NCBI GenBank assembly: GCA_044229145.1
Contig: JBGATO010000080.1
Coordinates: 1-16,461, forward strand
DNA from: Candidatus Eiseniibacteriota bacterium
Lineage (GTDB): Bacteria; Eisenbacteria; RBG-16-71-46; CAZEPH01
Length of the DNA stretch: 16,461 bases
Reading direction: 5' to 3'
Numbering within the stretch: position 1 is the first letter of the stretch; each line of letters opens with the position of its first letter. Positions 8,649 through 15,831 of this stretch are shown here, one piece after another. A program made the translations under genes and the position numbers. The notes under the pieces were generated by a model. That model was not told the origin of the DNA. It did not search any database and saw only the letters and a list, made by a program, of their open reading frames with translations.

Positions 8649-8679
8649 TTGACGAGGCTCGGCGGCCGGGGGGTAAAGT
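8649..8679 (+). promoter_or_regulatory. Candidate sigma70 promoter for the giant repeat-protein gene
   Basis: TTGACG (8649-8654), 19 nt, TAAAGT (8674-8679), preceded by an A-rich stretch. The spacer is longer than the optimal 17 nt. Confidence 0.45.
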
Positions 8680-8841
8680 GTTGCCGGACAAATCTGTCGG
8701 CGCGTGATCGCGATCCCCCACGTTTCCACCACGCGCTGGTCACCTATGGACGGGTGGCGTCCCCCCGGAGTCCTGTGCGCTCCTCGCGGGCTCGCCTGCC
8801 TTGCTGTGTTGACTCGTCTCCTCGTCAAGGAGGGCTTCGCC

Positions 8842-11800
8842 GTGCGTCGTCTAGTTGCGTTCTGTCTTCTCCTGTGCGTGATGGTGCTGACGGTCGCCCA
8901 TCCAGCGCTCGCCGGAATCAATTCCGGCCGCGTGAAGGCCGAGCTCTCGTGGAGCGCCACGACCGTCTCCACCAACACCAACAACCCCACTTCCACGGCG
9001 AACCTCTTCGTCCGTCTGACCAGCCTCGATGGGCAACCGATTAGCTACAAGGGCGCCGAGATCGATTTGCGGTGGACGCCGACCGGCTCCGACGACATCG
9101 GTAGCGGTCCCTGCATCTTCCTGAGCAGCGTCAACTACAAGACGTCCTCCACATGCGGCACGAGCGCGGCGAGCACCTATCTGAACCGCGGATCGGCGGT
9201 GCCCGTCACCGTGCAGACGGACAGCTCCTTCTCCGTCGGCTGGGCGAACACCACGTACAACACGAATTGCACGGCGGGCAACGCGATCATCCTGACGTTC
9301 GACTTCAGCGGATGCGGGACGTTCGACCCGCCGCTGGATGTTCCAACCAGCATCTTCACGCTGTGCTCGGTCAACGTGTTGGACTCGCTCAACGTGAAGG
9401 ACGCGGTATCCGTCACCGGTGGCCAGGCGACGGTCAACAGCGGCACCGGCCTGACCGCCGAGTCGTGCAACCTTCCGCCGGTGTGGAGCACGATCGATCC
9501 GGTGACGGTGGAGTCCGGCTCGACGGCGAACATCACGCTCTTCGCGACCGACCCCGAGAACGGCACCTTGACGTACTCGGCGGTGTCGGCGCTTCCCAGC
9601 GGCGCAACCCTCAACGGCAGCACCGGCGCCTTCAGCTGGACGCCGAGCGACGACAACTCCAGTGTCGGTGTCGACACCCTGACCTTCCGGGTGACGGACG
9701 ACCAGGGCGCGACCGCGGATGCGGATGCCATCATCACGGTCACGTTCCACAACCACGAACCGGTGATCGAGACGGTGCGCGACACCACGATCGCCGAGAA
9801 CACCACGCTCACCTTGCCGATCGTCGCGACCGACCAGGACGGCCAGACGCTGACCTACTCGCTGTCGGGCGACGTGGTGGCCAACATGGCGATCAACTCC
9901 GCGACGGGCGTGTTCACGTTCAGCCCGAGCCTCGCGCAGGCGGGCACCTACAACCTGGTGACTCTGGTGTCCGACCAGATCACGTCGGTGCCGTCGAACC
10001 AGTTCACGATCACCGTGACCAACGTGAACCAGGCGCCCGTCGTGTCCGCGATCTCGGACCAGACGATCGACGAGAACGCGCTGCTCACCGTGACGCCGAG
10101 CGCCAGCGATGCGGATGGCGATGTCCCGACCTGGAGCGGCACCAACGTGCCGAGCGGCGGGTCGGTCAACGCGAGCACCGGCGTGCTGTCGTGGACGCCG
10201 GACTTCGACCAGGCCGGCAACTACCCCGGCGTGATGCTGACCGCCGATGACGGCAACGGTGGCACCGGCAGCGCGAGCTTCGCGATCACCGTGAACAACG
10301 TGAACCGCGCGCCGAGCATTGCCTCGATCGCCGACCAGACCGTGGCGGATGGCGTTCTGCTCACCGTGACGCCGTCGGCGTCCGACCCGGATGGGGACGC
10401 GCTGACCTTCTCGCTGAGCGGCGACGCCACCGGCGCGTCGGTCGACGCCAACACCGGCGTGTTCACCTGGACGCCGGCCCCGAGCGACGTCGGCAACCAC
10501 TCGGCGACGATCACCGCAGAGGACACCGGCGCGCTGACCGCGTCTGCGAGCTTTGCGATCGACGTGACCTCGAGCAACACCGCGCCGGTGCTCGACCCGA
10601 TCGGCGACAAGACGGTGGCCGAGGATGGGACCCTCACCTTCACGGCGTCGGCCACGGATGCGCAGGGTGACCTGCTGTTCTGGGCGATCGACACGCTGCC
10701 GAGCGGCGCCGTCTTCGACACCGACACCGGCGACTTCTCGTGGTCGCCGGACTTCAACCAGGCCGGCAGCTACCCGGTCACCATTACCGTGAGCGACGGC
10801 TCGCTGACCGACGAAGAGTCGTTCACCATCACGGTCACCAACACCAACCGCGCGCCGGTGGTGGACGCGATCGCGAACCAGACGGTCGCCGAGGGTGACC
10901 TCCTGTCGGTCCAGGCGACTGCCACCGACCCGGACGGCCCGACCACGCTCGCGTGGGGCGTGTCGAACATTCCGGACGGCTCCATCAACGGACTCACCGG
11001 TGAGTACACCTGGACGCCGACGTTCGACCAGGCGGGCACCTACACCGGCCTGACGATCCTGGCGCAGGACACGGAAGGCGCCACCGGCAGCACGTCGTTC
11101 GACGTAACGGTCACCAACACCAACCGCGCGCCGAGCGTGGACCCGATCGCCGACCAGACGGTCGCAGAGGGCGATCTGTTGCTATTCACCCCGTCGGGCA
11201 GCGACGCCGACGGCGATGCTCTGGCCTGGTCGGGAAACAACCTTCCGACCGGGGCGACGGTCGACGGTGGCGACGGCACCTTTGGCTGGACGCCGGACTT
11301 CGATCAGGCGGGTGTCTACGCGGGCGTTCAAATCATGGCGTCCGACGGCACTGCCACCACCGCGCGCACTTTCGCCATCACGGTGTCCAACACCAACCGT
11401 GCGCCGGTGCTCGACCTTGTCGCCGACCAGACGATCGCCGAGTTGCAGCACGCGACCTTTCAGGCGACGGCGAGCGATGCGGACGGCAACGCGCTGACGT
11501 TCTCGGAGAGCGGCTTGCCGCCGTGGGCGTCGCTCGACGCTTCGACCGGTGTCGTGACCATGGACCCGACGTGCGAGGACTCCGGTACCTACTTCGTCAC
11601 GCTGTCGGTCACCGACAACATCGACACCGACTCGCAGCAGTTCCAACTCACGGTCACGGAGGTCAACAACCCGCCGGCGATCTCCTCGATCCCGGTGCAG
11701 ACGATGACCGAGGACGACATGCTGGTCGTGACTCCCTCGGCTACCGACCCCGAAGGCGACCCGCTCACCTGGTCGGCGTCCAACCTGCCGTCGTTCGGCT

Positions 11801-13470
11801 CGCTGGACACCGGCACTGGCGCCGTGACCTTCACCACGGGCTTCTCCGACGCCGGCAGCTATCCGGGCATCACGCTCACCGCGAGTGACGGGGTGTGCGC
11901 GGACGCGTCGGTGACGTTCACGCTGAACGTGACGAACGTGAACCGCACGCCGAGCATGGACCCGATCGCGGACCAGACCGTGAACGAGGGCGACCTCCTG
12001 ACCGTGACTCCGGTCACGAGCGATCCGGACGCGGACGTGCTTACCTTCTCGGGCTCCAACTTGCCGACTGGCGCGACGGTGAATGCGTCGACCGGTGTGT
12101 TCGACTGGACGCCGTCATTCAACCAGTCGGGCTCCTACGCGAACGTGACGATCGACGCGAGCGATGGCAGCGCGAGCGCGTCGCAGTCGTTCGGCATCAC
12201 CGTCAATGAGGTCAACCAGGCGCCGGCGTTCACCAACCTGCCGGCGACCGTCAACGTGAACGAGGGCGCCACCGCCAGCTTCACCCCGGCGGCCACCGAC
12301 GCGGACAGCGACCCGCTGGCCTTCGCGATGACCGCGGCGCCGTCGTACGTGACCTACGACGCGATGAGCAACACCGCCACCATTGCGCCGATGCCCGGCG
12401 ACATGGGCGGCGACGTCGACTTCACGGTGGACGACGGACAGGGACACGTGGTCAGCGGCACGCTCACCGTGCAGGTGAACCACGTGCCGGTGCTCGACCC
12501 GATCGCGGACCAGTCGGTGGCCGAGGGCGCGCTGCTTGCCTTCACGCCGACCGCCAGCGACCCCGACGGCGACGCGCTGACCTGGTCGGGCTCGAACCTG
12601 CCCTCCGGTGCGGCGGTGAATGCAACGACCGGTGAGTTCACGTGGACGCCGGACTTCACCCAGGCCGGCGCGTACACCGCGGTGCAGATCGACATCGTCG
12701 ACGCGCACGGATCCGGCACCGGCGATGTGTTCGACATCACCGTCACCAACACCAACCAGGCGCCGGTCGTCGACCCGATCGCGGACCAGACGATCAGCGA
12801 AGGCGGCACGCTCACCGTGGTGCCGTCGGCCACCGATCCGGACGGCGACCCGATCACCTGGAGCGGCTCGAACCTGCCGGGTGGCGCGACCGTCGATCCG
12901 GGCAACGGAACCTTCACGTGGGTGCCGTCGATCGGCGAGCACGGCGTCTACAGCGGTGTCTCGCTCGACGCCAGCGACGGTTCGTTGACCGGCAGCGCCA
13001 CGTTCACCATCACGGTGGACGCGACCAACGTGCCGCCGGTGTTCACCGCGATTTCGAACAAGACGATGGGCGAAGGCCAGAAGCTGGTCGTCGCGCTGAA
13101 CGCCACCGATGCCAACGGCGACGACGTGCAGTTCTCGCTCGCCGACATCACGCCGTTGCCGGCCAGCGTGTCGCGTCCGGTGGTGGTGGACTCGACGTCG
13201 CTCAGCGACGGCAAGCTGTCGTGGAAGCCGATGTACAACGACGGCACCCAGGCCTACACGCTCAAGCTGTACGCGACCGACCCCTCGGGGCTGCGTGACT
13301 CGACGACCTTCCAGGTGACCGTCAACAACAACACCACCGCGGCCTCGCCGCCGGCGATCGCGCTGCACGCGGACACCACGATCGCGGAGCAGACGGCGTC
13401 GGTGATTGCCCTTGCGGCGTCGGACAACAACGCCGGCACGCTACGAACAACGTCCGCGATCAGGCGCTGA
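8842..13470 (+). CDS. Giant secreted cadherin-like/putative-Ig repeat protein, N-terminal part (1542 aa as sequenced; probably continuous to 16446)
   Basis: GTG 8842 follows RBS AAGGAGGG (8827-8834). Sec signal MRRLVAFCLLLCVMVLTVAHPALA, then a 185-aa 6-Cys domain, 14 complete repeats of the form NxAP....DQTVxEG..L......DPDGD...W....P.GA......G.F.WTP.F.QAG.Y......DG.......F.ITV and part of a 15th. Ends at an anomalous TGA. Confidence 0.85.
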   Translation: MRRLVAFCLLLCVMVLTVAHPALAGINSGRVKAELSWSATTVSTNTNNPTSTANLFVRLTSLDGQPISYKGAEIDLRWTPTGSDDIGSGPCIFLSSVNYKTSSTCGTSAASTYLNRGSAVPVTVQTDSSFSVGWANTTYNTNCTAGNAIILTFDFSGCGTFDPPLDVPTSIFTLCSVNVLDSLNVKDAVSVTGGQATVNSGTGLTAESCNLPPVWSTIDPVTVESGSTANITLFATDPENGTLTYSAVSALPSGATLNGSTGAFSWTPSDDNSSVGVDTLTFRVTDDQGATADADAIITVTFHNHEPVIETVRDTTIAENTTLTLPIVATDQDGQTLTYSLSGDVVANMAINSATGVFTFSPSLAQAGTYNLVTLVSDQITSVPSNQFTITVTNVNQAPVVSAISDQTIDENALLTVTPSASDADGDVPTWSGTNVPSGGSVNASTGVLSWTPDFDQAGNYPGVMLTADDGNGGTGSASFAITVNNVNRAPSIASIADQTVADGVLLTVTPSASDPDGDALTFSLSGDATGASVDANTGVFTWTPAPSDVGNHSATITAEDTGALTASASFAIDVTSSNTAPVLDPIGDKTVAEDGTLTFTASATDAQGDLLFWAIDTLPSGAVFDTDTGDFSWSPDFNQAGSYPVTITVSDGSLTDEESFTITVTNTNRAPVVDAIANQTVAEGDLLSVQATATDPDGPTTLAWGVSNIPDGSINGLTGEYTWTPTFDQAGTYTGLTILAQDTEGATGSTSFDVTVTNTNRAPSVDPIADQTVAEGDLLLFTPSGSDADGDALAWSGNNLPTGATVDGGDGTFGWTPDFDQAGVYAGVQIMASDGTATTARTFAITVSNTNRAPVLDLVADQTIAELQHATFQATASDADGNALTFSESGLPPWASLDASTGVVTMDPTCEDSGTYFVTLSVTDNIDTDSQQFQLTVTEVNNPPAISSIPVQTMTEDDMLVVTPSATDPEGDPLTWSASNLPSFGSLDTGTGAVTFTTGFSDAGSYPGITLTASDGVCADASVTFTLNVTNVNRTPSMDPIADQTVNEGDLLTVTPVTSDPDADVLTFSGSNLPTGATVNASTGVFDWTPSFNQSGSYANVTIDASDGSASASQSFGITVNEVNQAPAFTNLPATVNVNEGATASFTPAATDADSDPLAFAMTAAPSYVTYDAMSNTATIAPMPGDMGGDVDFTVDDGQGHVVSGTLTVQVNHVPVLDPIADQSVAEGALLAFTPTASDPDGDALTWSGSNLPSGAAVNATTGEFTWTPDFTQAGAYTAVQIDIVDAHGSGTGDVFDITVTNTNQAPVVDPIADQTISEGGTLTVVPSATDPDGDPITWSGSNLPGGATVDPGNGTFTWVPSIGEHGVYSGVSLDASDGSLTGSATFTITVDATNVPPVFTAISNKTMGEGQKLVVALNATDANGDDVQFSLADITPLPASVSRPVVVDSTSLSDGKLSWKPMYNDGTQAYTLKLYATDPSGLRDSTTFQVTVNNNTTAASPPAIALHADTTIAEQTASVIALAASDNNAGTLRTTSAIRR

Positions 13471-15831
13471 TCCTCGCTGTACCGACGGACAAGAACGCGG
13501 TGCAGGGCACGCCGAATGCGGCGGCGGCCGGCAGCTACGCCTGGCGCGGATCATCGTGCGGAACGACGGACAACCGTGCCGACACGCTGGTACTTCGCCG
13601 TCACCATCACGAACGTGAACGCGCCGCCGGTGCTGGCGACGATCGCGCCGCAGACGGTGAACGAGAACGCGCAGCTGTCGTTCACGGCGACGGCGACCGA
13701 CCCGGACGGGGACCCGGTCAGCTACAGCGTGACCGGCAACCCGGAGGGCTCGGCGATCGATGCCGGTACGGGTGTGTTCACGTGGACGCCGGACTTCAAT
13801 GCGAACGACCGCGTCGCCAATGGGAACTACGGCGGCACGGACGTCAGCGTGAGCGACGGCAACGGCGGGACGGACAACCAGGTGGTGCTGATCCACGTGA
13901 ACAACGTGAACCAGCTGCCGGTGGTGGACGCGATCGCCGACCAGACGGTGAACGAGGGTGACCTCCTCACCTTCACTGCGACGGCCACCGACGCCGACAC
14001 CCTCAGCTCGATCGCGGGCTGGGCCGTCAGCGGCAACGTCGCGGGTGCGAGCATCGACAACGCCGGCGTGTACAGCTTCACGCCGTCGCCGACGCAGGGC
14101 GGCAACGTCTTCACCGAAACGCTGACCGCGACGGACGACCGTGGCGGCACCGGCAACACCTCGTTCCAGATCACTGTGAACGACGTGAACCACGCGCCGG
14201 CCGTCGCGGCGATCGCGGACCAGACGGTGGGCGAGAACGCCCTGCTCACCGTGACTCCGAGCGGCTCCGACCCGGACGGCGACGTCCTGACCTGGTCGGG
14301 CAGCAGCTTGCCGTCGGGTTCGGCGGTGGACGCGAACACGGGTGTCTTCACGTGGACGCCGGCGTTCGGCGACGCGGGCAACTACGCCGGCGTCACGCTG
14401 ACCGCGACCGACCCGGGCACGTTGAGTGCGAGCGCGAGCTTCGCCATCACCGTGACCCACACCAACCGTGCGCCGGTGGTCGACGCCATCGCCAACCAGA
14501 CGGTCGCGGAAGGCGCGCTGCTGACGGTGAACCCGTCGGCCAGCGACGCCGATGGTGATGCGATCAGCTGGGGCGGCAGCAACCTGCCCAGCGGCGCCGC
14601 GGTGGACGGCACGTCGGGTGCGTTCACCTGGACGCCGGACTTCTCGCAGGCCGGGAACTACAGCGCCGTCACCCTGACGGCCAGCGACGGCACCGACACC
14701 GGCAGCGCGTCGTTCGACATCACGGTGACCGACACCGGCCGCGCGCCGGTGGTGGACCCGATCGCCAACCAGACGGTGGCCGAGAACGATCTGCTCGCGT
14801 TCACGGCGACCGCCACCGACCCGGACGGCGACGCCTTCACGTGGAGTGGCGTCAACTTCCCGAGCGGCGCGGCGATCGACGCCAACAGCGGTGCCTTCAC
14901 CTGGACGCCGGGCTTCGACCAGGCCGGCACCTACAGCAACGTGCAGGTGGTGGCCACCGACGCCGGTTTGGCGGCGGGCAGCACGTCGTTCGGCATCACC
15001 GTGACCAACGTCAACCGCGCCCCGAGCATCGCCTCGATCGCGGACCAGACGACGGGCGAGGGCGTGCTGCTGACGGTAACCCCGTCGGCCAGCGACCCGG
15101 ACGGTGACGTGCTGGCGTACTCGGGCAGCGCGCTGCCGAGCGGTGCGTCGGTGAACGCGTCGACCGGTGTCCTCAGCTGGACGCCGTCCTTCGCTGACGC
15201 CGGCAACTACGCGGGCGTCACCATCACGGCGGACGACAACAACGGCGGCACGGCGAGCGCGAGCTTCGCGATCACCGTGACCAACGTGAACCAGCCGCCG
15301 ACCATCGCCAGCATCGCGAACCAGAGCGGGATGGAGATGGTGTTGTTGACGGTCACGCCGTCGGCCAGCGACCCGGACGGCGACGTGCTCGCGTGGTCGG
15401 GTGCGAACCTGCCGAGCGGCGCCACCGTCGACGCGTCGACCGGCGTCTTCACCTGGACGCCGACGTCGAGCCAGTCGGGCAGCTACACCAACGTCACGCT
15501 CACCGCGGACGATGGCAACGGCGGCTCGGTGAGCGCCAACTTCGACATCACCGTCGCCGACCAGGCGCCGGTGGTGAGCACGACCATGGTCCACTTCTGC
15601 ACCGGCGCCACGTCGACGCAGCCGCTCGCGGCCAGCGACGACGACGGCCACGCCATCACCTGGTCGATGACCGGCAACCCGGTGTGGCTGTCGATCGACG
15701 CGTCGACCGGCGTGTTGACCGGCTCGCCGGCCAGCGGGGACCTTGGCTTCAACGGCAACGTGGCGGTCACCGTGACCGACGCGGTCAGCACTGCGGCGGC
15801 GACGTACGACGTCACCGTGGCGGTCGACTGC
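9469..15831 (+). repeat. Coding tandem array of 23 cadherin-like/He_PIG-type repeats (~90-92 aa, ~276 nt; repeat 15 disrupted)
   Basis: Counted manually from the translations by NxxP starts. The period is 276 nt, e.g. Pro codons at 10036 and 10312. Units are diverged at DNA level. Confidence 0.9.
13441..13590 (+). other. Compensated frameshift patch interrupting the giant gene
   Basis: The main frame turns Arg-rich and hits TGA 13468-13470. The alternative frame 13443-13589 is open and repeat-like (GTPNAAAAGSY...RADTL). The main frame resumes at 13591. Confidence 0.8.

Noticed and set aside
8542..8721. N-terminal extension of rpmB in the ORF track
   Set aside because: L28 similarity starts at ATG 8541, and its RBS and promoter lie inside the supposed extension.
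8704..8841. Upstream start of track ORF 8704..13470
   Set aside because: The strong RBS and the signal peptide both fit GTG 8842; the upstream 46 codons are not protein-like.
13468..13470. Selenocysteine or stop-codon readthrough at the in-frame TGA
   Set aside because: The main-frame sequence on both sides of the TGA is not repeat-like; the repeat signal lies in other frames, so indels explain it better.
13441..13590. Invertible segment or inserted mobile element in the adhesin gene
   Set aside because: No terminal inverted repeats were seen, the forward strand already encodes the missing repeat motifs, unit length is normal, and no recombinase is in the window.
9469..15831. CRISPR array or DGR template/variable repeats
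   Set aside because: The repeats are 276-nt coding units differing mainly at synonymous sites, not adenine-specific, and no cas or reverse-transcriptase gene is present.
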